This document shows positions 42,343 through 51,079 of a stretch of DNA of 64,000 bases, one piece after another. Under the pieces are notes generated by a model. That model was not told where the DNA came from. It was given only the letters and a program-made list of their open reading frames with translations, and did not search any database. The stretch's first letter is position 1; every line of letters starts with the position of its first letter. This DNA comes from an uncultured virus (IMG/VR IMGVR_UViG_3300022602_000071) (taxonomy: Duplodnaviria > Heunggongvirae > Uroviricota > Caudoviricetes). Position numbers and translations under genes: made by a program. The stretch lies in IMG/VR virus record IMGVR_UViG_3300022602_000071; one strand, written 5' to 3'.

Positions 42343-42981
42343 ATGATCATAGGTGTGTGCGGTTTTATTGGTTCTGGCAAAGATACTATTGCTGATTATT
42401 TGACTAACTTTCACGGTTACAGACGAGAAAGTTTTGCCAACAGCTTAAAAGATGCTGTTAGTAAGGTGTTTGGATGGGATAGAACCATGCTGGAAGGCCG
42501 TACTAAACAAGCCCGTGAATGGCGAGAACAAGTAGATCCTTGGTGGGCAGAACGTTTAAACATGCCTAATCTTACTCCGCGTTGGGTGCTACAATATTGG
42601 GGCACTGAAGTTTGTCGTAAAGGTTTTAACGATGATATTTGGATTGCCTCATTAGAGAATAAACTACGCAATAGTAAAGATGACATTGTAATCAGTGACT
42701 GCCGTTTTCCGAACGAGATTAAAAGCATTCGGAACTCGGGAGGAAAAGTTATTCGTGTTAAACGCGGCCCTGAACCAAAATGGTATAAATCTGCTGTTAG
42801 TGTTAATCGTGGTCCAGATGGCAACATCGATTGGGCGTTAAGTAAAAGTCGTTTAGAAAAGGCAAATATTCACTCAAGTGAAACTGCGTGGGTAGGCACT
42901 CAATTTGATCATGTATTAGATAACGACGGCACTATAGATGATTTATATCAACAAGTCCTAACTGTTATAGGTCAGGAATAA
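42343..42981 (+). CDS. gp1: Deoxynucleoside monophosphate kinase (T4 gp1-like)
   Basis: GFIGSGKDT P-loop; TPRWVLQYWGTE; ISDCRFPNE; HSSE. Confidence 0.9.
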   Translation: MIIGVCGFIGSGKDTIADYLTNFHGYRRESFANSLKDAVSKVFGWDRTMLEGRTKQAREWREQVDPWWAERLNMPNLTPRWVLQYWGTEVCRKGFNDDIWIASLENKLRNSKDDIVISDCRFPNEIKSIRNSGGKVIRVKRGPEPKWYKSAVSVNRGPDGNIDWALSKSRLEKANIHSSETAWVGTQFDHVLDNDGTIDDLYQQVLTVIGQE

Positions 42982-43297
42982 GATCTCCCTGTCTCCATTT
43001 AATCCCTTCTTTGTGCAATACTCTAGCACAGTTAGAACATACTGTTTTTAAGTTTTGCGGCCTACAATTATTTAGATCCCCGTCTACATGAAATACTGTG
43101 AATATTTCTTTATGTAATGATTTGAAACCACATTTATCACAGTTATTTTTTAATCTATAACCTGCTTGATACCATCTAGCAACTCCGGCTGCACCTTGTT
43201 TCAAACAAACATTACACAATCTGCGGTAAAATGTTTTACCTTGTTTATGGTAGTTAACTGCCCTCGGTCGTAATCCACATTTACACAACGGTCTCAT
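42965..43297 (-). CDS. Small Zn-binding HNH-family protein
   Basis: CxC, CxxC, CxxC...FHVDGDLNN...NL..VC.NC. Confidence 0.75.
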   Translation of the reverse strand: MRPLCKCGLRPRAVNYHKQGKTFYRRLCNVCLKQGAAGVARWYQAGYRLKNNCDKCGFKSLHKEIFTVFHVDGDLNNCRPQNLKTVCSNCARVLHKEGIKWRQGDLIPDL

Positions 43298-43301
43298 AAT
43301 C

Positions 43302-43307
43302 TATTTA
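43302..43307 (-). promoter_or_regulatory. Late promoter 4 nt before the HNH ATG
   Basis: Minus strand reads TAAATA-gatt-ATG. Confidence 0.55.
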
Positions 43308-43316
43308 CGCATCCCT

Positions 43317-43336
43317 GGCCTTTTCACGGCCTTTTC
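43317..43336. repeat. Direct repeat GGCCTTTTC x2, 11-bp period
   Basis: 43317-43325 and 43328-43336, between divergent promoters. Confidence 0.7.
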
Positions 43337-43369
43337 TTGAAGTATATCTGGTATAAAAATTCAAAATAC

Positions 43370-43377
43370 TATAAATA
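43370..43377 (+). promoter_or_regulatory. T4-type late promoter (TATAAATA)
   Basis: Exact consensus before the sheath gene. Confidence 0.8.
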
Positions 43378-43410
43378 CATTAAGAAACATGTACTCATGG
43401 AGATAATACA

Positions 43411-46400
43411 ATGGCTCAATTAAATTCACCAGGTGTAAGCGTAACCGTAACAGACGAATCGTTTTATACCCCAGCGGCGCCTGGAACTGTACCTTTAATT
43501 ATTGTTGCTAGCCAAGCAAACAAACAAAATGCAGCAGGAACTGGAATAGCTCCAGGTACTATTCCCGCTAACGCTGGACAAGTATACTTACTTACAAGCC
43601 AAATGGATCTTGGAAATAATTTTGGTATTCCGTATTTCCAAACTGATGCAGAAAACAATCCAGTCAATGCCGGTGAAATAAACGAGTATGGATTGCAAGC
43701 AGCGTATAGCTTTTTAGGTGTAAGTAATCGTGCCTATGTAGTTAGAGCAAATTTAGATACAAGTCAACTTATCGGTAACACTAGTATTCCTACAGGCTAT
43801 CCAGTAAATGGTCAATTTTGGTTTGATACTACCGATACTAGTTTTGGTATTTTTCAATGGAATGGTAATGCAGCCACAGTCACTGGAGGGCAAACATTCA
43901 CAGTTCAGATTCCGGCAGTGATTACAAATATTAGTCAGTTAGTGGGACAAACAGCTGGCAATGCACCAGCTAGTAGTTTTGGAGCCACTGGTAGTTATGC
44001 AATTACAGCAACTACAACGCTAAACAAATTATGGTACAAGAAAGGCGTTACTGATGGAATTAATCAAGCTGGCTGGGTCGAAGTAGGGTCTAACAACTGG
44101 ATTTCAGCTTGGCCAACAGCCACTAGTACTACAGCCAGTCCAACCTTAACAGCTACCGGTATTAGTATTTCAACAGCTATTATAGGTAATGGAGCAGCAA
44201 GTCCTGCAGCAGGAACAATTCTAACAGTTACTGGAACAGTAACTGGTGGTACTCTTACAGTAGGCGATGTATTAAGTGGTGGGTCAGTGGCATCAGGCAC
44301 AGAAATTATTGCTGTAAATACAGTTACATTTACAGGTAGTATTAGTACAACTACACTAACAGTCACTGGATCACCAACAGGTACTATTAAAGTTGGTATG
44401 TTAATCACTGGTACAAGTGTTACAGCTGGAACTTATATTGTTGCATTCCTAGGCGGCTCAGGCGGTGCAGGTACATACACTTTAAATCAATCAGCTACTG
44501 GTACTCCAACTACCGGTACTAGTTACACAGTGAGTGCTAGCCAACTAGTGTCAAGCACAGCAATGACTACAGGCGGTAGCATCTTAACTATCAATAACGG
44601 TACAAGTTCTGTAAATATTACCGGTGTAAGCAGTGTTGCTGCATTGGCAACAGCCATTAATACCGCAGGACTGAGTGGAATTACAGCTGGAGCAAATGGA
44701 AATTATTTGAATATCTATTCAACAGGTGCAAATGTTACTTTATCGGGTACAGCCGCAACTATCCTAGGATTCAGCTCATATCCATATCTTGCTCCTGCAT
44801 ATCAAGCTAAACCACACTACAATATTCCAACATATTTTTCTGCTGACAATACTGGATATGCCAACGGATACCCAACAGGCAGTATCTGGGTTAAGACAAC
44901 TAATGTAAATTTAGGAGCCAACTGGGTTGTTAAAGAATATAACAGTTCAACTGAATCGTGGATGTTGATTTCTAACCAATTGTTGCCAAACAATGGTACA
45001 GCCTTAGCAACGCTAGACCCAACAGGCGGCGGTATTAATCTAGCCATTAACACAGTTTATGTAAAATTCAACGACAGCGAAGCTAATAGTTCCTTAGCAG
45101 ATTTTAAAATATATTACAGGACCGCTGCAGGAACAACACAAATTACTAGTAGTCCAATTGCAGATACAACATTTAGCAATGCACAAGCCTATAATTTTAC
45201 TGTTGCAGAAACTACATTAAGTCAAGGTTCTGCTGATGCAAATGGTTATTACCATTATCTAACTACTCCAGTAACTGTATCATTTACAGGTATCGGCAAC
45301 GGACCAGTAGATGCTCAAAATTTAGTATCTGCTATGCAGGCTGCGTTACTAAACACAAATGTTGCTGTAACTTTAAATAGTAACTATACAATAACAATTA
45401 CTCATATCACAGGTGGTGATATAGTATTTGTAGATGGTACCGGACCAGCCGCAACTCTAAGCAATTTGTTTATAGCTGGCACTACAGCTAACTATTACAC
45501 AAATCCTACAGGTACAGGAACAATTGCCACGCTATGGGGTACTACATCAGGTAACACCGCATTTGCTACACCGAGCCCAGTAGCGTTAACTACTACACCA
45601 GCTAATGGTACTTATTGGTATGACAGTTACTTAGGTGATGTTGACATTATGGTCAACAACGGAAGTTCTTGGGTAGGTTATAGAAGTGTAGATCAAACAA
45701 TTGGCAGCACAACTATCAAAGGCGGTAAATCAATTAACAATCCTTTTGGAACTCAAGGTACTACTGATATAAATGGACCGATTGTTAGTGCAACGCAACC
45801 TACTACTCAAAGTACAGGAGGCCAACTAGCTAACAATGATATCTGGATTTATACTGGAGACATTGAAAATTATCCTATTATCTACAAATGGAACTATTCA
45901 ACCCAAGCATGGGTTTTGGTAAACAACCAAGATCACACGGACGGAAATGGTATTGTATTTGCTGATGCTCGTTGGAGCGACCAAAGCGGTAATAGCATAT
46001 TAGGCGCTCCATATACAGGCGCAGGCGCTCCAGATACGATCGCTAGTTTATTAACCAGCAACTTTGTAGATTTCGATTGTCCTAATCCAGGACTATATCC
46101 AAAAGGCACTCTGTTGTTCAATACTAGACGCAGTTCTTTTAATGTTAAAAAATATGTAACTGGTTATGTAAATCTAAGCGGACAAAACACTTTATTGAAC
46201 AACGCATCTATGGGGTATTACTTCCCAGATCGTTGGGTAAGTGCAGCACCTAACGATACATTTGGTGTTGGGCAATTTGGTCGTAAAGCACAACGTGCGG
46301 TAGTATTGCAAGCATTAACTGCAACTATCGAATCTAATCAAAATATTCGCCAACCCGACTCTGTTATCTTTAACTTGTTAGCTTGTCCAGGATATTTAGA

Positions 46401-47232
46401 AACAGCCAGCGCATTAGTTGGTTTGAATACTGACAACGGCACAAGCGCATTTATTGTGTTAGATACTCCAGCTCGATTATCGCCCGATGCTACCTCATTA
46501 AGTAATTGGGGTAATAATACAAATGGAGCGTCTATTGACGGAGAACTTGGTTTAATTGAAAACAACGCTTATAGTGCGGTTTATTATCCATGGGGCTATA
46601 CACAAGACTTGTTAGGTAACAATATTGTTGTACCGCCAAGCTATATCATGTTGCGTACAATCGCTCTAAGCGACAATGTTTCTTATCCTTGGTTTGCACC
46701 AGCAGGTGTACGACGCGGAGGAGTAACAAATGCTAGCAGTGTAGGATATGTTGTTGGCGATACTGGAGAATTTTTTACAGTTGCCTTAAATCAAGGTCAA
46801 CGCGATACATTGGCCGCGGTCCATGTTAACCCAATTACATATATTGCTGGAACAGGACTTGTAGCTTATGGTCAATATACAAGACAGCTTGTAGCCAGTA
46901 GCTTGGATCGTATTAATGTGGCTCGTTTAGTAATTTATTTGCGTTACCAACTTAATGTAATTGCTAAACCGTTCATATTTGAACCAAATGATACAATTAC
47001 TCGCAACGAGATTAAACAACAAATTGAAGCTTTACTACTAAATCTAACAAGCCAACGTGCGCTTTACGATTTCTTGGTAGTATGTGACACTACTAACAAC
47101 ACACCATCTAGAATCGATGCAAGTGAACTTCATGTCGATATAGCTATTGAGCCAGTAAAAGCAGTGGAATTTATCTATATTCCATTACGCTTAGAAAATA
47201 CTGGAGCAATCAAAGGTTTAAGCGGCGCATAA
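43411..47232 (+). CDS. gp18: Contractile tail sheath protein (1273 aa, with large insertions)
   Basis: SPGVSVTV.DES; YPWFAPAG.RRG; LDRINVARL; FEPND..TR; IEPVKAVEFIYI. Confidence 0.95.
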   Translation: MAQLNSPGVSVTVTDESFYTPAAPGTVPLIIVASQANKQNAAGTGIAPGTIPANAGQVYLLTSQMDLGNNFGIPYFQTDAENNPVNAGEINEYGLQAAYSFLGVSNRAYVVRANLDTSQLIGNTSIPTGYPVNGQFWFDTTDTSFGIFQWNGNAATVTGGQTFTVQIPAVITNISQLVGQTAGNAPASSFGATGSYAITATTTLNKLWYKKGVTDGINQAGWVEVGSNNWISAWPTATSTTASPTLTATGISISTAIIGNGAASPAAGTILTVTGTVTGGTLTVGDVLSGGSVASGTEIIAVNTVTFTGSISTTTLTVTGSPTGTIKVGMLITGTSVTAGTYIVAFLGGSGGAGTYTLNQSATGTPTTGTSYTVSASQLVSSTAMTTGGSILTINNGTSSVNITGVSSVAALATAINTAGLSGITAGANGNYLNIYSTGANVTLSGTAATILGFSSYPYLAPAYQAKPHYNIPTYFSADNTGYANGYPTGSIWVKTTNVNLGANWVVKEYNSSTESWMLISNQLLPNNGTALATLDPTGGGINLAINTVYVKFNDSEANSSLADFKIYYRTAAGTTQITSSPIADTTFSNAQAYNFTVAETTLSQGSADANGYYHYLTTPVTVSFTGIGNGPVDAQNLVSAMQAALLNTNVAVTLNSNYTITITHITGGDIVFVDGTGPAATLSNLFIAGTTANYYTNPTGTGTIATLWGTTSGNTAFATPSPVALTTTPANGTYWYDSYLGDVDIMVNNGSSWVGYRSVDQTIGSTTIKGGKSINNPFGTQGTTDINGPIVSATQPTTQSTGGQLANNDIWIYTGDIENYPIIYKWNYSTQAWVLVNNQDHTDGNGIVFADARWSDQSGNSILGAPYTGAGAPDTIASLLTSNFVDFDCPNPGLYPKGTLLFNTRRSSFNVKKYVTGYVNLSGQNTLLNNASMGYYFPDRWVSAAPNDTFGVGQFGRKAQRAVVLQALTATIESNQNIRQPDSVIFNLLACPGYLETASALVGLNTDNGTSAFIVLDTPARLSPDATSLSNWGNNTNGASIDGELGLIENNAYSAVYYPWGYTQDLLGNNIVVPPSYIMLRTIALSDNVSYPWFAPAGVRRGGVTNASSVGYVVGDTGEFFTVALNQGQRDTLAAVHVNPITYIAGTGLVAYGQYTRQLVASSLDRINVARLVIYLRYQLNVIAKPFIFEPNDTITRNEIKQQIEALLLNLTSQRALYDFLVVCDTTNNTPSRIDASELHVDIAIEPVKAVEFIYIPLRLENTGAIKGLSGA

Positions 47233-47246
47233 TTAGGAGAAATTAA

Positions 47247-47882
47247 ATGGCAATTGCAGCTCTATCAAATTTTACAGTACCCTTAGCATCTGACCAGAGC
47301 GCAAGCTCTCAAGGTTTGCTATTTCCCAAACTAAAGTACCGATTTAGAATATCTTTTGAAAACTTTGGGGCAGGTGGTGCAACAGAACTAACAAAACAAG
47401 TTGCAGAAGCAGCTCGTCCAAACGTTAAATTCGCCGATCAGAAAATTGAGATTTATAACTCAGTTATCCACTACGCTGGCAAACCAGCTTGGGATCCTAT
47501 CTCAATTAAGTTGCGTGATGATGCCAGTAATATTGTAACAACATTAGTAGGGCAACAAAATCAAAGACAATTTGACTTTTTTGAACAAAGTTCAGCAGCT
47601 GCTGCTGGAGATTATAAATTTACTATGCGTATCGAAATGCTTGACGGAGCTAACGGTAATACAACTCCAGTTGTATACGAAGCTTGGGAATGTTATGGTT
47701 GTTATCTTGTAAGTACAAATTACACTGATTTAAAATATAGTGATATGACTCCAGCAATGATCGACTTGAGCATACAATTTGATAATGCTGTTCAGGTAAC
47801 TCCTGCCAATGCACTTGGTTCGAGCACACCAGTAATAACGTTTAATGAAACAGTTGGCAACGGCGGAAGCGCACTAGCTTAA
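47247..47882 (+). CDS. gp19: Tail tube protein
   Basis: PKLKYRFR; YAGK..W..I...LRDD; directly follows the sheath gene. Confidence 0.85.
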   Translation: MAIAALSNFTVPLASDQSASSQGLLFPKLKYRFRISFENFGAGGATELTKQVAEAARPNVKFADQKIEIYNSVIHYAGKPAWDPISIKLRDDASNIVTTLVGQQNQRQFDFFEQSSAAAAGDYKFTMRIEMLDGANGNTTPVVYEAWECYGCYLVSTNYTDLKYSDMTPAMIDLSIQFDNAVQVTPANALGSSTPVITFNETVGNGGSALA

Positions 47883-47912
47883 TAATAAAACCCGCTAGTC
47901 GGGTTTTATTAT
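47882..47912 (+). terminator. Intrinsic terminator
   Basis: ATAATAAAACCCG-ctagt-CGGGTTTTATTAT. Confidence 0.85.
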
Positions 47913-47946
47913 CTCGATTAGTTAAGTACATACATTATTTTTTAAA

Positions 47947-47952
47947 TAAATA
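47947..47952 (+). promoter_or_regulatory. Late promoter 5 nt before the ATG
   Basis: TAAATA-aagtt-ATG, no SD. Confidence 0.6.
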
Positions 47953-47957
47953 AAGTT

Positions 47958-49127
47958 ATGGCCTTCACTCCTACTCCTCAACAAAATACAGCCGCGCAGT
48001 CAAACGGACAAATTATTCTAAAAGACTGGCGGCATGCGGCCAATTTATTTAATGTTGATCAATTTAGATTAGCACCAAAAACCAGTTTTTTATTTCATGT
48101 AGCATTTGGTATCAATACCAAAGCACTTACAAACAGCAAGTTGGTCAGCACCTATGGTCAAGAAATCAACATGCTGGTAAAAAGTATAGATTTGCCTAGT
48201 TTTACTATTAACACTGAAGTGTTAAATCAGTATAACCGGAAAAAAGTTGTACAAAACCAAGTGAAATATACAGAAATTAGTGTAAAATTTCATGATGATA
48301 ACATGGGATTAATTAATCAAGTTTGGCAAGAATATTTTTCCTATTACTACGCAGACAGCACTACAGCAACAGTTCCAGGCGCATACGCCAGGAACGCTAC
48401 AAAATCTTACAGCACTATTCCAGCAAGCTATGGATACGATGCAGGTAGCACAGATCCATTTTTTAATTATATAAAAATTTATCAGATGGCACGCCACGAA
48501 TTTGTTTGCTACCAATTGTATAATCCAATTATATCTAGTTGGAGTCACAATAAATTGGATTATGCTCAATCTTCTCCGCATGATTTTGACATGAAAATAT
48601 TATATGAAAGTGTTAGTTATAGCGTAGGTTCAGTAACAGCCGATAATCCTGAAGGATTTGGCGTCACTCATTATGATACTACTCCTAGTTCTTTAACAGG
48701 AACTATACCTACAGGAGCTGCTACGGCAAGTTTTGTCCCTACAATAAATACCGCAGGACTAACAGCTGGAGTTTTATCGAATGCCGTATCTCAAGTAAAT
48801 ACTTATCAAAATTCGCAAACTAACGGCGGAGGCCTAGGTTCATTGGTGTCAACTGCTGCTGCAATTGCGGGCGTAGCCGCAATTGCAGGCGGATTATCGG
48901 GCATTAGCTTCCCAAGCCTAAGCGGATCAACAAGTGCAACCAGCGCAAGCGGCGGCGATTCGATAGCGACTCCTGCAACTGATTCAAGCAGCACGGCAGC
49001 TACAGATGTGCCGGCTAGTACCGATAGTTCGGTGAGTACGCAAGATGAAGGCTCGGGATACGGAACAACGCCAACTCAATCTTCTCCTACGGATGGCAGT
49101 ATTAATTATGATCAGGCAGACTTCTAA
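47958..49127 (+). CDS. Tail-tube-fold protein (gp19/gp54-like tube initiator) with a low-complexity C-terminal tail
   Basis: LVKSIDLPSF......NQYNRK......Y..I...FHDD; L.NP.I....H..LDY. Confidence 0.6.
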   Translation: MAFTPTPQQNTAAQSNGQIILKDWRHAANLFNVDQFRLAPKTSFLFHVAFGINTKALTNSKLVSTYGQEINMLVKSIDLPSFTINTEVLNQYNRKKVVQNQVKYTEISVKFHDDNMGLINQVWQEYFSYYYADSTTATVPGAYARNATKSYSTIPASYGYDAGSTDPFFNYIKIYQMARHEFVCYQLYNPIISSWSHNKLDYAQSSPHDFDMKILYESVSYSVGSVTADNPEGFGVTHYDTTPSSLTGTIPTGAATASFVPTINTAGLTAGVLSNAVSQVNTYQNSQTNGGGLGSLVSTAAAIAGVAAIAGGLSGISFPSLSGSTSATSASGGDSIATPATDSSSTAATDVPASTDSSVSTQDEGSGYGTTPTQSSPTDGSINYDQADF

Positions 49128-49501
49128 TGGCTACTACACCTTATAATTTACCTCCGCAAACAAACTCAGATGCTGTAAATATCAAAACATTTTTTGCAGT
49201 TAATTCCAAAACTCCTTATAGTTTTACAGCCAATGAAATCGATGCTACAACCAGTTTCTTTTTAAAAAGAGGCTTTGACCAAATTAGTTCAAACAGCATA
49301 GCAATAATATTATTAACTCAAGCTCGCAATGAAAATGTTCAGGTATTTACATTACTCGATACTTTAAAAGTACTGACTGATATTCAATTAAGTCAAGTGG
49401 TTGCACAGGTCCTAAACACCAATAGAGATATAACAAGTTTTATAGGGTATCGTACACAACCTGTGACCAACACTTATGAAGCTCGAAACATTTTAGTATA
49501 A
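49127..49501 (+). CDS. Hypothetical protein
   Basis: TAATG-coupled ORF in the operon. Confidence 0.7.
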   Translation: MATTPYNLPPQTNSDAVNIKTFFAVNSKTPYSFTANEIDATTSFFLKRGFDQISSNSIAIILLTQARNENVQVFTLLDTLKVLTDIQLSQVVAQVLNTNRDITSFIGYRTQPVTNTYEARNILV

Positions 49502-49502
49502 T

Positions 49503-49931
49503 ATGGCTAAATTTGCTCGCGGAAAATTTGTGATGAAGCATCCCGAAAAATATGTAGGAACAAAGACTCCTACATATAGATCCAGCTGGGAATGGAGTTT
49601 CATGAATTTTTGCGACAATAATAAAAGTGTCCTTAAATGGGCAAGTGAAGCAATACAGATTCCATATAGAGATCCTTTAACCGAACGGCAGACTGTATAT
49701 TTGCCAGATTTTTTTATACAATATGCAGATAAGCATGGCAGGGTTATAACAGAACTAATTGAGATTAAACCTGCTAGTCAAACTATTTTAGAAAGAGTTG
49801 GCAAAAATAAGTACAACCAAGCACAATATGTAAAAAATCAGGCTAAATGGGCTGCAGCTAATCTTTGGTGTCGACAGCAAGGCTTAAAATTTCGTATTCT
49901 TAACGAAAATGATATTTTTAGTCATGTCTAA
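49503..49931 (+). CDS. gp4: Head completion nuclease (T4 gp4-like, TnsA-like fold)
   Basis: KY.G...P.YRSSWE..FM.FCD; WASE...IPY; Y.PDF; IEIKP; N.AKW.AA. Confidence 0.9.
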   Translation: MAKFARGKFVMKHPEKYVGTKTPTYRSSWEWSFMNFCDNNKSVLKWASEAIQIPYRDPLTERQTVYLPDFFIQYADKHGRVITELIEIKPASQTILERVGKNKYNQAQYVKNQAKWAAANLWCRQQGLKFRILNENDIFSHV

Positions 49932-49934
49932 GCA

Positions 49935-49940
49935 TAAGTA
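49935..49940 (+). promoter_or_regulatory. Late promoter variant TAAGTA, 5 nt before the ATG
   Basis: TAAGTA-attat-ATG. Confidence 0.5.
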
Positions 49941-49945
49941 ATTAT

Positions 49946-50428
49946 ATGACAAAAAAACTTGAAGAAATTTTAAATCTCCCTGAAAGTAAGAAAATTATTA
50001 AGCAGGAAGAAAAAGAAGCTAAAAAAGCTGAAGTGGCCGCGCCATTTATTCGCGATATGAGCGAGTATGATAAAATTGCCGCTGCTTTACCGCAAGTAAA
50101 AGGTTTAGGTGATTTAGCTGATAACGAACTAGACGATTTAGCAAAAAAAGCTACAGATGCATACGATGATTTAATGGATTTAGGCATGAATGTAGAAGCT
50201 AGATATAGCGCAAGATTATTTGAAGTTGCCGGCACTATGTTAAAAAATGCCATTGATGCTAAAAGTGCAAAACTAGATAAAAAACTTAAAATGATTGATT
50301 TACAGTTAAAAAAACAAAAGTTAGATCAAGAAGTTGCTAACTCGGACGAAGGAATTAATATCTCAGGTGACGGTGTTATTATTACAGATCGCAACAGCTT
50401 GCTAGAAAAACTCCGCCAAATGAAATAA
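49946..50428 (+). CDS. Probable terminase small subunit
   Basis: Helical, charged; R+FEVA..ML and DRNSLL motifs reminiscent of gp16; close to the large terminase gene. Confidence 0.55.
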   Translation: MTKKLEEILNLPESKKIIKQEEKEAKKAEVAAPFIRDMSEYDKIAAALPQVKGLGDLADNELDDLAKKATDAYDDLMDLGMNVEARYSARLFEVAGTMLKNAIDAKSAKLDKKLKMIDLQLKKQKLDQEVANSDEGINISGDGVIITDRNSLLEKLRQMK

Positions 50429-50431
50429 ATA
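50425..50431 (+). promoter_or_regulatory. Late promoter overlapping a stop codon
   Basis: ATAAATA. Confidence 0.55.
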
Positions 50432-50449
50432 TAATACTGGGATCACATT

Positions 50450-51079
50450 ATGAAATCATTCAAAGAATACCTAACTGAAAGTAAGAAGATATACGAATTC
50501 AAGGTTAAAATTGCCGGAGATTGTCCACCGGATTGCACTAGCCAGATTAAAGTTGCCTTAGCACAATTTAATCCTACCGGTGTTAGCGCAGGTAAGCGAA
50601 CACCTATACAAGAGCGTCATTCAGAATTTCCTGAACACAAAAATGTCAATATGACAGTATTTGATGTTACAACAGACTATCCTGCCACAAACAGACAAAT
50701 ACACGATATGTTAGCAGCACATTTAGGTATGCTAGCTAGTTGTATAAAAGTTAAAAACATGGCTGAAGAACTAGAACATGAAATCAATCATGAACACGAT
50801 AAGCGGACACACCGGGCAATTGGTGGTACAATGCAAGAACCTAGTGATAACAGCGACTTAGTTGGTGAAAAACATAAGATGAAATTTTTACAAGAGTTAG
50901 GCAAAGAAAAACATCAAGGTACGCACTACAAAGGCATTAATGATGATATCTTAGCACAGAGTGTTCCCGGGCTTGCCAAGGAATATCGTAAAGAAAAACA
51001 AAGTACAGTAGAACAAGCTCACGCCAGTCCTATTGGCACAAAGCAAAACAAAATACCTAGTCCAATAGGAGTGAGATAA
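50450..51079 (+). CDS. Probable internal head protein with a CTS-like N-terminus
   Basis: MKSFKEYLTE resembles the T4 capsid targeting sequence MKTYQEFIAE. Confidence 0.55.
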   Translation: MKSFKEYLTESKKIYEFKVKIAGDCPPDCTSQIKVALAQFNPTGVSAGKRTPIQERHSEFPEHKNVNMTVFDVTTDYPATNRQIHDMLAAHLGMLASCIKVKNMAEELEHEINHEHDKRTHRAIGGTMQEPSDNSDLVGEKHKMKFLQELGKEKHQGTHYKGINDDILAQSVPGLAKEYRKEKQSTVEQAHASPIGTKQNKIPSPIGVR

